Assembly (NCBI GenBank): GCA_964551605.1
Contig: CAZKCV010000003.1
Coordinates: forward strand, 15,474 to 79,473
Length of the DNA stretch: 64,000 bases
From: an uncultured Gammaproteobacteria bacterium
Lineage (GTDB): Bacteria; Patescibacteriota; Microgenomatia; Daviesbacterales; UBA10151
Reading direction: 5' to 3'
Shown here in pieces: positions 9,367-18,344 of the stretch (the stretch's first letter is position 1; each line of letters begins with the position of its first letter). A program made the position numbers and the translations under genes. The notes under the pieces are model-generated. The model ran no database searches. It was not told the origin of the DNA and saw only the letters and a program-made list of their open reading frames with translations.

Positions 9367-9819
9367 TTATGAATTATTCTCCTTAACTAATTCTAACCTA
9401 GGTTCTCCATCTCCAAAATAATTATCTTTCCATCCCTCAATCTGAAAACCCATTTTAAGATAAATACGAATTGCACCACTATTATGTGGGTGAACTACTA
9501 AATCTACTTTCTTTGCATCTTTTATTTGATCCAATAACCATTCCATAGCTTCAGTACCATATCCTTTACCTGCATATTGCGGAAGGATTGCCAAACCATC
9601 TATGGAGATATGACCTGGTTCTTTAGGACTGTAGGCAACAGTTCCGATTGGCTGATTATCTTTAAGAACGAAAAATACTTTACATTTCTGTAAATAATCC
9701 CTCATTTCCTTCTCGGAATTATAGGCAAGAAAAAATCTAGGGGCAACTGAAGCAGCTTTCTTCTCTAAATCTCGCACCGCCTCCCAATCTTGTTCAGTAG
9801 CCTTCTTATAACTTAACAT
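9367..9819 (-). CDS. GNAT family N-acetyltransferase
   Basis: 150 aa. LAILPQYAGKGYGTEAMEWLL is GNAT motif A. It is a tandem paralog of the preceding GNAT gene. Confidence 0.8.
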   Translation of the reverse strand: MLSYKKATEQDWEAVRDLEKKAASVAPRFFLAYNSEKEMRDYLQKCKVFFVLKDNQPIGTVAYSPKEPGHISIDGLAILPQYAGKGYGTEAMEWLLDQIKDAKKVDLVVHPHNSGAIRIYLKMGFQIEGWKDNYFGDGEPRLELVKENNS

Positions 9820-9833
9820 AATAATTTGTAAAA

Positions 9834-10781
9834 TTAGTTTACAGTGTTTTTGGGTACACCGCCAATAAAATTTTCTATATTAGAAGTAAACATTTCCTGC
9901 TTATTGATTGCTGCCTCCTTGCTAATATAAGCCATTGGTGGGTAGATAATGCAGTTTTGGTAAGGTAACAACTTCTTTAAATCTTCCTCTGCCATTTCAT
10001 CAGAATGGTCAAGAATAAAGATAATATCACCCTTTTTAAGCCTTTTGATCAAGGCATCAAGGTCAATTAACTCCATTGGGGCAGTATTAATAACCACAGC
10101 CCCTGCTTTAAGGACTTGGAGTCTGTCTTTGTTAAGTATCTTTTCTGTTTCCGGTGTTTGAGCTAAATTTATTGATAAAAAGGTTGCTTCTGCAACTAAA
10201 TTATCCAAATCCTCATACTTAATACCCTTTGCTTCTACATCATCTTTTCTATTCCTAGACCAATATCTAACTTCAGCATTAAATCCTAAAGCTAATTCTG
10301 CTACCCTTGTGCCTATATTTCCCAAACCAATAACTCCAAAAACCTTATCTTTAATCTCAATAGCTGAAATACTTGCTTCAGAAACATTACCCGCCCTACC
10401 CCTTCTTTTCCCTTCCTCAAGCCCCCTAATCGCTTCTAAAATAGCTGCAATGGTAAATTCTGCTACAGACTCAGTGCTATAACCAGGAAGGTTACAAACA
10501 ATTATCCCTTTTTCTTTAGCGTAAGCTGCATCAACCTTTCCAAAAGCTGTTGCCAAAATACCAATGTATTTAAGATTTGGAGCAGCATCCATCATTTGTT
10601 TATCTACCACCACTCCGAAACCAACTAATAAGCAATCCATATCTTTTAAACTTTCTTTTATTTGGGGATTATCTTTAGGGAGGATCACTTTATTTTCAGC
10701 AAGAGCATCAATTCTTTTCCAATAATCAGGACCAACCTTATTTTCATCCACATTGATTGAAAGAATTTTCTTAAATTTCAT
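9834..10781 (-). CDS. D-isomer-specific 2-hydroxyacid dehydrogenase (glycerate/phosphoglycerate dehydrogenase family)
   Basis: 315 aa. NAD-binding GVIGLGNIGTRVAELALGFNAEVRYWSR (GxGxxG...D), with the catalytic-domain arrangement typical of the family. Confidence 0.8.
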   Translation of the reverse strand: MKFKKILSINVDENKVGPDYWKRIDALAENKVILPKDNPQIKESLKDMDCLLVGFGVVVDKQMMDAAPNLKYIGILATAFGKVDAAYAKEKGIIVCNLPGYSTESVAEFTIAAILEAIRGLEEGKRRGRAGNVSEASISAIEIKDKVFGVIGLGNIGTRVAELALGFNAEVRYWSRNRKDDVEAKGIKYEDLDNLVAEATFLSINLAQTPETEKILNKDRLQVLKAGAVVINTAPMELIDLDALIKRLKKGDIIFILDHSDEMAEEDLKKLLPYQNCIIYPPMAYISKEAAINKQEMFTSNIENFIGGVPKNTVN

Positions 10782-10933
10782 CTAGCTACTTTTTACTCTT
10801 TTTGTCTGGAACCGTCAAGCTTATTCCTATACAATCCTAAATAGTCTAACTGACAGTTTAACTACAATTATAAAAGCATTTCAGAATCCAATCTGGGCTG
10901 AATAAGTAAGACAAAGATTAAAGATAATAAAGA

Positions 10934-11875
10934 CTATAATGGTTTAACCTTTAAATTTCTAATAATAGCTCCATGTTTTAAATGAGCTCTGAATCCGACT
11001 AGGCCATATCCTAATCTAAATGGAATTTTTTGAACGTGACCGGCAAATAATCCACCTACAAGAATGTCTTTGGTTTTTTCTCTGTTGTCTTTAACTCCTG
11101 ACTCTATATGATTTACGTCCACATATACAGGTAGTATCCAGCCAAATATTGGGCTATTTTTGTAAAATATACGAGCAGTATCACCTTTTACTTCCAAGGA
11201 AATCTTAACAAAGTCTGAGAAATCTAAAGGTGGAGTAATTTCCTCTACACTCATTATTTCCCAACCTCCTTTATATCTGACATGTGGTTTTATACTAGAA
11301 ACTAGTACCAATTCTTCTCTCTTATCATCATTTATCCTTATATAACCCTCGGCATTCTCACCAATCTCTATCATAAAATAGTTATCTAAATCTTCAGCCC
11401 TAAAAATGAGACTAATAAGATTTTGGTTCCTAAAGTTATCGGGTTTGAATTTCATTTCAAAACTCATTTTAAAGTCTTTCCAATAATAATTATTTAAAAG
11501 GCATCCAGCACGCGAAGATTTAACAAATAGATACGCATCATCTACGAGTTCTGTTTTTCCATGAAATAGCCACTTATCAGGCCAGTCTTTACTATTAAAC
11601 TGATATGCTTTATTTTTATTCCTATATACATTAAACCAGCAAAACCAATTTTTAATTAATACAAAAAGTAATACCAGCAACAGGAAAAACCCAGCAACTT
11701 CAACAGCGTCTGGCGGATCAATAATATATGGAGAAATTAACTTTAATTGTTCACCAAACAAATTCCCAACCAACCTACCTGTAAAAAGAATGATTAAACC
11801 AGATAAGAACCAAGTGGCTACATCCTTTGTTAATTGCCACTTATCCTTAAAATCTAAAAATCGATTTATATCCAT
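10934..11875 (-). CDS. membrane-anchored hypothetical protein
   Basis: 313 aa with three N-terminal hydrophobic helices followed by a soluble domain. No recognisable motif. Confidence 0.45.
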   Translation of the reverse strand: MDINRFLDFKDKWQLTKDVATWFLSGLIILFTGRLVGNLFGEQLKLISPYIIDPPDAVEVAGFFLLLVLLFVLIKNWFCWFNVYRNKNKAYQFNSKDWPDKWLFHGKTELVDDAYLFVKSSRAGCLLNNYYWKDFKMSFEMKFKPDNFRNQNLISLIFRAEDLDNYFMIEIGENAEGYIRINDDKREELVLVSSIKPHVRYKGGWEIMSVEEITPPLDFSDFVKISLEVKGDTARIFYKNSPIFGWILPVYVDVNHIESGVKDNREKTKDILVGGLFAGHVQKIPFRLGYGLVGFRAHLKHGAIIRNLKVKPL

Positions 11876-11929
11876 AAAAACCTAACGCCTGAGCAGGTTT
11901 AATTTTGGTTCGATTAACGTCAACCCTTG

Positions 11930-12195
11930 CTCCCCCGAGAGGATTCGAACCTCTAACCTAGTCATTACTTTAATGGACTATCTCATCACCATAGATTAAA
12001 CCTTTAGGTGGTGGGCGCTTAAAGATGTACTCATCTAGTCTCTGCACCTTCCCCCCGCCAAAGGCGGGAGGCTTGGCTCAGGATTGTCCTTCACTTTCGT
12101 TCAAGACGTTCCCTGAATTCACCCACTTCTCATTCCGATGTTTCCACCGAAAGCTGCTAACACAGTGACCCGCTCTACCATTGAGCTACAGGGGA
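11930..12195 (-). tRNA. tRNA-Asn(GUU) interrupted by a ~194-nt group I intron in the anticodon loop
   Basis: Reverse complement gives exon 1 TCCCCTGTAGCTCAATGGTAGAGCGGGTCACTGT (12162-12195) and exon 2 TAATGACTAGGTTAGAGGTTCGAATCCTCTCGGGGGAG (11930-11967). Joined, these form a canonical cloverleaf with anticodon loop CU-GUU-AA, a TTCGAAT T-loop and a 7-bp acceptor stem with a U1-A72 pair. Confidence 0.75.
11968..12161 (-). ncRNA. group I self-splicing intron (core P, Q, R, S elements present) inserted after U of the anticodon loop
   Basis: The 5' exon ends in U and the intron ends in G (...ATTAAAG), as expected for group I introns. Intron sequence contains GAATTCAGGGAAC (P-like), AATCCTGAGCC (Q-like), GCAGAGACTAGA (R-like, GACUA G-site side) and GAGATAGTCC (S-like). 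Confidence 0.65.
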
Positions 12196-12304
12196 TTATC
12201 AATGTACGGGTGATATTTTATCATTCAATAACGCCGAAATCCACCCTATTATTTTTGCTTAAAATATAGATTGCCGCGCTAATCACTCGCAATGACGGAA
12301 CAGG

Positions 12305-13393
12305 CTATTCCAGGTAATCTCTTAACTTCTTAGCTCTGGTGGGGTGCTTGAGTTTCCTGATGGCTTTGGCTTCAATTTGCCTGATTCTTTCCCTGGTGAC
12401 CCCAAACTCTTTCCCTACTTCTTCCAGAGTCCGCTGTTTACCGTCTTCCAGCCCAAATCGAAGCTGGAGCACCCTTTTTTCCCGGGGTGACAGAGAGTCC
12501 AAAACTTCATCCAGGTGAATCTTTAATAGCTCTCTGGTGGCCTGTTCATCCGGCTGTAATCCCTGATCAGCGATAAAATCCCCCAAGTGGGAATCTTCCT
12601 CATCCCCTACCGGAGTCTCCAAAGAAGTTGGCTCCTGTGAAACCTTAATAATCTCCCGGGCTTTATTCTCATCTATCCCTAATACTTTGGCTACTTCATC
12701 CGGGGTAGGTTCCCTACCCAGCTCCTGCATTAATCTCCGCTGGGTCCGGTTAAACCTATTGATTGTTTCCACCATATGGACAGGGATACGGATAGTCCTG
12801 GCCTGGTCGGCAATAGCCCTGGTAATAGCCTGTCTGATCCACCAGGTGGCATAAGTAGAAAATTTATAACCCCTTCTCCAATCATATTTATCAACCGCCC
12901 TCATCAAACCAATATTGCCCTCTTCAATTAAATCCAACAAGCTCATCCCCCGCCCGACGTATTTTTTGGCTATTGATACTACCAACCGCAAATTGGCACT
13001 GATCAGCTTATCCCGGGCCCTCTTTTCATTTTTTTCTGCTTTTTTGGCCAGCTCTATCTCGTCTTGTGCTGTTAAAAGCGGAATTTTACCGATATCACGA
13101 AGGTATTGCCTAACAGGATCTGTCACCGCACCTCCCTCCAGAGTAGATAATATCTCCAACTCTTTTTCCAACTCAGAAGGGGTTTTACTCTCAGCCTCAA
13201 GTTCTTCCGTAGTAGTTTCAAAAACATCAATGTTTTCCGCAATTAACTTAATATAAAACTCGTCTAGCTCTTTTATTGTTTCCTCCGGCTTTGGGAAAAT
13301 CTGCAAGATCTCTTCTTGGGTCACAAACCCCCGATCCTTACCTAATTTCAGGAGTTTTTTAACGTCTAATTGTACTTGTTTTTTCTTAGCCAT
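12305..13393 (-). CDS. rpoD: RNA polymerase sigma-70 factor RpoD
   Basis: 362 aa. Regions 2-4 are conserved: [18 protein letters not shown], the [24 protein letters not shown] 2.4/3 region, and a C-terminal region 4 HTH ([28 protein letters not shown]). Confidence 0.9.
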   Translation of the reverse strand: MAKKKQVQLDVKKLLKLGKDRGFVTQEEILQIFPKPEETIKELDEFYIKLIAENIDVFETTTEELEAESKTPSELEKELEILSTLEGGAVTDPVRQYLRDIGKIPLLTAQDEIELAKKAEKNEKRARDKLISANLRLVVSIAKKYVGRGMSLLDLIEEGNIGLMRAVDKYDWRRGYKFSTYATWWIRQAITRAIADQARTIRIPVHMVETINRFNRTQRRLMQELGREPTPDEVAKVLGIDENKAREIIKVSQEPTSLETPVGDEEDSHLGDFIADQGLQPDEQATRELLKIHLDEVLDSLSPREKRVLQLRFGLEDGKQRTLEEVGKEFGVTRERIRQIEAKAIRKLKHPTRAKKLRDYLE

Positions 13394-13395
13394 AT

Positions 13396-13484
13396 ATTTA
13401 ATTAGTCGTCAGCTTTCAGCTTTCAGTCGTCAGATTTTTAATTTTTAGTCTGATAGCTGAAGACTGATGACTGATAGCTACTAG
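13396..13484. repeat. intergenic palindromic element built from inverted arrays of heptamer repeats (NNNTCAG x4 / CTGANNN x4) around an AT-rich centre; copy 1
   Basis: Left arm tcgtcag ctttcag ctttcag tcgtcag; centre atttttaattttta; right arm ctgatag ctgaaga ctgatga ctgatag. The element exactly fills the dnaG-rpoD spacer. A related copy lies at 24300-24380. Confidence 0.5.
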
Positions 13485-15322
13485 AGATTCTTCAACTTTA
13501 CCGACAAGTCTCTAAACCGCCTGTTCAAAGACTCTACTGTTTCCATCTTATCAAATTCCTGGGCATTCTTGATTTCCAGGGAAAGTTTTTCTAGGGATGC
13601 CTTGATTAAGGCTTTTTTAAGTTCTGAAACTACCCCCTCCAGCTCCTTCTGCCAGTATTTTGCATCAATCAGCTTGCTGTCAAGTTCTATTAAGTATAAT
13701 CTATCTATCTCTGAAAGCAACTCTTTTGGCAGGCCGGAGGCAAATTCATTAATATCAAATGCCCTACTCTTAAAAGATATGGAATCCAGGTATAATACCA
13801 GCAAAACAAAAATCTGGCGCCATTTTTCGGCTAAGAATAATGTTTCCGGAAAATTAGGAAAAAAATTGGATTCCTGTGGCGGATGTAGCAGCAAAGTAAT
13901 TAAATATTCCTCCAACAGCTCCCTTCTTGATTTGATAGAAACCACATTATCAGCAGTGGTTTTCTTCAGCAAATTAACATAGCTTTTTGAGGTCTCCTGA
14001 CGGGCTTTTTCTACGCTTTCTCTGATTATTTTTTCTTCGGTTTTCAAGAAGGCTGCCAGCCTTTGGATATAGCGCTCCCTGATTAAGTCATCCGTAATCT
14101 TCGCCCAGACAGGAATCAGCTCTTCCCCGATTCTCCTTAAATCTGCCGCTTTTTTAGTGTCATATCTTTTGGCAATCGAGGCCAAATAATAATCATAAAT
14201 AGGCACGGCTTCCTCCAAGGCCTTCTGCCATAGAGCAGGGTTCTCACGAATGACTTCTGCCGCATCCTTGCCGCCTGCCAATTGAATCACTGACAAATTT
14301 AAGCCGGCTTTATCTGCTATTTCAATACCACGGCGGGAGGCGCTATCTCCGGCCAAATCCATGTCAAAACCCAATTTTAGGTTTTCCGTATATTTTTTTA
14401 ACAGTTCAATTTGCCCTTCAGTTAAAGCCGTCCCCTTTGAGGCCACAATATTCTTAAAACCGGCCTGGAAAGACATAATCATATCCATTTCCCCTTCCAC
14501 CAAAATAGCCTCATTTGTATTCCTAATCTCTCCTTTGGCCAAATTGATACCGAAAAGGAAACTGCTTTTATCAAAAATTGCCGTCTGGGGGCTGTTAATG
14601 TATTTTGGCTCAGCCGGCAGTAAGACCCGGCCGGAAAAACCCCGCAGATGTCCTTTACCGTCAATTAAGGGAAAAGTAATCCGACCTCTAAAACGGTCAT
14701 AAGCGGAGCTTGCGGCTGCACCTAAGCTGCCGGATTTTGATGCTACCCCTAAACCGGAGGCAATAATTTCCTGGTGGCTAAAACCTCTTTTGAGTAAAAA
14801 CTTAGTCAAAGATTCCCAGGAATTAGGGGCATATCCCAAACCAAATTCTTCAATTGAAGAATTGCTGATCCCCCGTTTTCTTAAATATTCCAGGGCATTT
14901 TTACCCAGGGAGTGTTTGGTTAAAATATGGTGGAAAAATTCCTGGGCTTTTAAGTTAGCCTCAAACAACCGTTCCTTGGCATCTTTTTTATCAGAAGTCC
15001 TTTTCTGCAGAGTTATGCCGGCCTTTTTAGCCAACATTTCCAAAGCTTCCTTAAACTCCATGCCTTCCTTCTGCATCAAAAAGGTGAATAAATCGCCCCC
15101 AGCTCCGCAGCCAAAACAATGCCAGATTTGCCGTTCCGGAGAAACCACAAAAGAAGGTGTTCTCTCGTTGTGGAAAGGGCAATTGGCTTTAAAATTTACA
15201 CCTGATTTTTTTAGGGGAAGGTATTCGGAGATTAAATCAACAATATTAATTTTTTCTTTGATCAGATCAACGTCGTCCATAGCTTTGCAATCATCTTGTC
15301 GTCCGAAAAAACGGGACCACAA
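13481..15322 (-). CDS. dnaG: DNA primase DnaG
   Basis: 613 aa. N-terminal zinc ribbon CPFHNERTPSF...CFGCGAGGD, a TOPRIM domain (EAILVEGEMDMIM, DMDLAGD), and a position upstream of rpoD as in the classical dnaG-rpoD operon. Confidence 0.9.
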   Translation of the reverse strand: MWSRFFGRQDDCKAMDDVDLIKEKINIVDLISEYLPLKKSGVNFKANCPFHNERTPSFVVSPERQIWHCFGCGAGGDLFTFLMQKEGMEFKEALEMLAKKAGITLQKRTSDKKDAKERLFEANLKAQEFFHHILTKHSLGKNALEYLRKRGISNSSIEEFGLGYAPNSWESLTKFLLKRGFSHQEIIASGLGVASKSGSLGAAASSAYDRFRGRITFPLIDGKGHLRGFSGRVLLPAEPKYINSPQTAIFDKSSFLFGINLAKGEIRNTNEAILVEGEMDMIMSFQAGFKNIVASKGTALTEGQIELLKKYTENLKLGFDMDLAGDSASRRGIEIADKAGLNLSVIQLAGGKDAAEVIRENPALWQKALEEAVPIYDYYLASIAKRYDTKKAADLRRIGEELIPVWAKITDDLIRERYIQRLAAFLKTEEKIIRESVEKARQETSKSYVNLLKKTTADNVVSIKSRRELLEEYLITLLLHPPQESNFFPNFPETLFLAEKWRQIFVLLVLYLDSISFKSRAFDINEFASGLPKELLSEIDRLYLIELDSKLIDAKYWQKELEGVVSELKKALIKASLEKLSLEIKNAQEFDKMETVESLNRRFRDLSVKLKNL

Positions 15323-15394
15323 GAGATTGTGGCTGGATTGTACACCAAAGAAGGCCCGAAAACAAGGCTACGGGTGAATCGAGGTAAAAACGGG

Positions 15395-15481
15395 CGGTGG
15401 GAGAGGGATTCGAACCCTCGGTAGACTTACGCCCACACGATCTTTCCAGGATCGCCGGTTAAACCACTCCCGAATCCCACC
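15395..15481 (-). tRNA. tRNA-Ser(GGA), type II with long variable arm
   Basis: Reverse complement GGTGGGATTCGGGAGTGGTTTAACCGGCGATCCTGGAAAGATCGTGTGGGCGTAAGTCTACCGAGGGTTCGAATCCCTCTCCCACCG. Anticodon stem CGATC/GATCG, loop CU-GGA-AA, long variable arm, and a 7-bp acceptor stem. Confidence 0.8.
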
Positions 15482-15520
15482 TTCTAAATCCTAGTGATTT
15501 TAACACTTTTGACGCAAATC

Positions 15521-15570
15521 AGACAATGCCCTTGACAAAAAACAGGTATTACTATAAAATAGGTAATACT
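15521..15570 (+). promoter_or_regulatory. promoter (TTGACA -35, TATAAAAT -10) overlapped by a 7-bp-arm inverted repeat GTATTAC-N10-GTAATAC; the start codon lies immediately downstream, implying a leaderless transcript
   Basis: ttgaca at 15521-15526; gtattactataaaataggtaatac spans the -10 region; ATG at 15571. The longer ORF start at 15526 would contain the -35 box, so 15571 is preferred. Confidence 0.45.
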
Positions 15571-15867
15571 ATGTTGCAAATTCAAGCTACTACTATTACT
15601 CAAAAAGGGCAAGTAACAATACCTGCACCGGTCAGAAAAGCTTTAGGCCTGAAACCCGGCGATCAAATAAATTTTAAAGTTACCGGCAAAACTAAGGCAG
15701 AGATAAAACCTAAAAAGAGATTTTCTATCATGTCACTCTACGGCTCCTTAAAACCAAAAGTCATACCAAATCTAAGCGGCCAGGAGCTAATTAAATGGGA
15801 AGAACAGGCTTGGCCGCAAGCAGCTGTAGAAAGAGATCAAAAAACTATGAGAAGTATTAACAAGTAA
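15571..15867 (+). CDS. AbrB/MazE/SpoVT-type antitoxin (VapB-like)
   Basis: KGQVTIPAPVRKALGLKPGDQINFKV is the swapped-hairpin beta-barrel motif of AbrB/MazE antitoxins. The gene lies directly upstream of a PIN gene. Confidence 0.7.
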   Translation: MLQIQATTITQKGQVTIPAPVRKALGLKPGDQINFKVTGKTKAEIKPKKRFSIMSLYGSLKPKVIPNLSGQELIKWEEQAWPQAAVERDQKTMRSINK

Positions 15868-15872
15868 AAATC

Positions 15873-16274
15873 ATGATTTTACTTGATGCTAATATTATCC
15901 TGCGTTTTATTCTTGCTAATGACCCCGAGCTTTCTCCTAAAGCTGAAATTATAATTAAAAAAATTGAACAGGGAAAAGTAAAAATTCAGATAACTCTACT
16001 GGCTTTTTCGGAAGTGGTTTTTACTTTGGAGAGAGCTTACAAGATGCCTAAAGCAGAAATTACCCAAAAATTACTTTATTTACTACAAGTTAACAACTTA
16101 AAATTCGAAAAACAGAATATGCTACCTGAAATTTTTAAGTATTACCATGAAAAAAATATCAGTTTTATTGATGCTTACCATATTGTCCTGATGAATAAAA
16201 AGAAAATTAAGAATATTTATTCTTTTGACCGGGATTTTGATAAATTTCCTGAGGTTAAAAGACTTGAAAATTAA
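15873..16274 (+). CDS. PIN domain toxin (VapC-like)
   Basis: 133 aa. The N-terminal MILLDANIIL carries the first catalytic Asp. Further acidic residues are distributed as in VapC (FIDAYHIV..., SFDRDF). Confidence 0.8.
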   Translation: MILLDANIILRFILANDPELSPKAEIIIKKIEQGKVKIQITLLAFSEVVFTLERAYKMPKAEITQKLLYLLQVNNLKFEKQNMLPEIFKYYHEKNISFIDAYHIVLMNKKKIKNIYSFDRDFDKFPEVKRLEN

Positions 16275-16293
16275 AGTATTGTATACTTAGCAT

Positions 16294-16536
16294 ATGTTTA
16301 ACTGGAACATGCCGGATTTAGGAGTAGGAATTTTTATCCTGGTTTTATGGGAGGCTTTTTGGAAAGGCATTGGCCTTTGGAAATCAGCCAAAAAGGGTAA
16401 TCTTCTGTGGTTTGCAGCTATATTTTTAATTAACTTTTTCGGCTTGATCCCTATCTTTTACCTTTGGAGAACCAAGCAATTAGAAAATGTAGTAAAAGAT
16501 TTCCAAAACTTCTTTAAATCAAAGTTTCAGAAGTAA
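16294..16536 (+). CDS. small two-TM membrane protein, hypothetical
   Basis: 80 aa with two hydrophobic helices (VGIFILVLWEAFW and LWFAAIFLINFFGLIPIFYLW). Confidence 0.4.
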   Translation: MFNWNMPDLGVGIFILVLWEAFWKGIGLWKSAKKGNLLWFAAIFLINFFGLIPIFYLWRTKQLENVVKDFQNFFKSKFQK

Positions 16537-16543
16537 TTAGAAT

Positions 16544-17710
16544 TTAAGCAACTCCTACAGCAGGATAAAAATTTGCAAGATAATCCTTTGCTGTATCTGT
16601 CCAAAGCTGAGGATCGCATCCAGCTTTTTCAACTACTCCACCACGAACCTTTAAGGTCTCCGGGTCAGTATCTAAATAGCGGTAAGTTCTAAAACTAACC
16701 TCTTTCACATGCTCAAAAGCATCAACTAAATAATGTAAACCTTCTTGCTTTGCTCTTTGTTGTAACCGGACAGCCCCTCTATGAATGGTTGCACTTTCTT
16801 TAGGCCAAACTCTTGCATGATAATCATCTTCCATAGTCTCAGCAATCTTGGGCTCTATATTTAGGTAACCGGCCACTGTCTCAAGCGCTGCAGAGGTTTT
16901 AATAATAGCTTCCCATTGCCCAGGTTCCAAATCCTCAAAATCCAGGTAAGCAAACATATTTAATCCATCTGAGCTTATCCCTTGAATAAAGCCTAATTTA
17001 TCTATAGCGATGTAAAAAGTTCCTAGAGGAGAATCAAATAAAGCTTGTAGTCCTTTCCTCATCTTATTAGCTTCCTTCGTGAATTCGGTAGTCCCGAGTA
17101 GTGAGTCAGCCTCTCTTAATGCTGCCATATATTGAGCTTGAAGATTAGGAAAAACAACAGGATAAACAACTTTACCATCCTCTCTACCTGGCGTCATTGA
17201 ATCTTTCCAATCAGTCCTGTCAAGGGCAAAATCCTGCGCGCCGCATAGCTTAGGGTCTTCCTCAAATTGATAGGTACATGAATTAATGTGAGAAAATACG
17301 TAAACCTCTATTGCTCCCTGTAGATTATCTCTAAATCTTTCTGCTAACGATCTATCCCCAGTTGCTCTTTGATAATGAGCGTGACCTATCAGATAAAGCG
17401 CGTCGGCATCAGAAGCATTATATTCTGTTGATAGCCCTCTTTTTACAACTACACCTGGTAACTGATGATGGTATTTAAAACGCTCAGCACCAGTTAAAGA
17501 GTCAGCTGTCTTTGCCTGATGTAAGTTACCAAAGATTAATTGACCTCTAATCATTTCTAGGTCATTAGCCATTATGCCAGATTCAAGCTGATCCCTGGAA
17601 AAATTTTGGATGAAGCCTTCATCTTCTCTACCTTCGTTTAAACCAGCCTTATAGAGTAATAATCCATCCGGCGTACAGATCTTTAGTCTTTCCCTTAGCT
17701 CAGGTGACAT
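16544..17710 (-). CDS. putative (alpha/alpha)6-barrel glycosidase (amylo-alpha-1,6-glucosidase / GDE C-terminal domain-like)
   Basis: 388 aa. Composition and motifs (DALYLIGHAHYQRATGD..., acidic residues in helical hairpin-like repeats) resemble glycogen-debranching-type six-hairpin glycosidases. Low-certainty family call. Confidence 0.35.
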   Translation of the reverse strand: MSPELRERLKICTPDGLLLYKAGLNEGREDEGFIQNFSRDQLESGIMANDLEMIRGQLIFGNLHQAKTADSLTGAERFKYHHQLPGVVVKRGLSTEYNASDADALYLIGHAHYQRATGDRSLAERFRDNLQGAIEVYVFSHINSCTYQFEEDPKLCGAQDFALDRTDWKDSMTPGREDGKVVYPVVFPNLQAQYMAALREADSLLGTTEFTKEANKMRKGLQALFDSPLGTFYIAIDKLGFIQGISSDGLNMFAYLDFEDLEPGQWEAIIKTSAALETVAGYLNIEPKIAETMEDDYHARVWPKESATIHRGAVRLQQRAKQEGLHYLVDAFEHVKEVSFRTYRYLDTDPETLKVRGGVVEKAGCDPQLWTDTAKDYLANFYPAVGVA

Positions 17711-17747
17711 ATGCTAATATTACAAATTTATACTAAGGTTATCTCCT

Positions 17748-18344
17748 TTAAAAAGTCAAGCACAAGAGATATTCCTGATTACCTCCTCCACCCAAAATCG
17801 GTGATGCCATTTGATTATTGGCCTTAAATCCTAAATTAGTAATCTTATCTATAACTTGTTCTTTGACCAACTCAGCTTTATCTGACGGCAGAACACCCTT
17901 AACAAGATCTCTTTTTTCTGCTTCATAATGAGGTTTTAAAAGAGCAATAATTTTGCCTTCCGGCTTTAGAAACTTTTTCACAATAGGCAGAATCAATTCC
18001 AATCTTGTCCAGCCGGCATCAATAGTGATTAAATCCACCTGGAAGGAGTAAGCAGAGCTTGCGACCTGACGGTCTTCAGAGCCCACCTTCCAGGTGTCGG
18101 GAAAAAGGATATTGGTTCTCTCCATTACCACTACCCGGGGGTCATTGCGAAGTTTCCAGGCTAATTCCCCATAAGCTGTATCTAACGCATAAACTTTTTT
18201 GGCTCCAGTTTGTAACAGGCAATCCACAAAACCACCTGTAGAAGAACCGACATCCAGCACTGTTTGGTCTTGAATATCAACATGAAATTGCTCTAGTGCT
18301 GCTCGGAGTTTAATGCCGCCTCTGGAAACAAACTGGTTATCCAT
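17748..18344 (-). CDS. tlyA: TlyA-family rRNA 2'-O-methyltransferase (FtsJ-like), lacking the S4 domain
   Basis: SRGGIKLRAALEQF...VLDVGSSTGGFVDCLLQTGAKKVYALDTAYGELAWKLRNDPRVVVMERTNI matches the TlyA/FtsJ SAM-binding core. Confidence 0.75.
   Translation of the reverse strand: MDNQFVSRGGIKLRAALEQFHVDIQDQTVLDVGSSTGGFVDCLLQTGAKKVYALDTAYGELAWKLRNDPRVVVMERTNILFPDTWKVGSEDRQVASSAYSFQVDLITIDAGWTRLELILPIVKKFLKPEGKIIALLKPHYEAEKRDLVKGVLPSDKAELVKEQVIDKITNLGFKANNQMASPILGGGGNQEYLLCLTF

Noticed and set aside
13396-13484. CRISPR array interpretation of the heptamer repeats
   Set aside because: The repeats are 7 nt with no spacers of unique sequence, they are arranged as an inverted palindrome, and no cas genes are present. 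They are not CRISPR.
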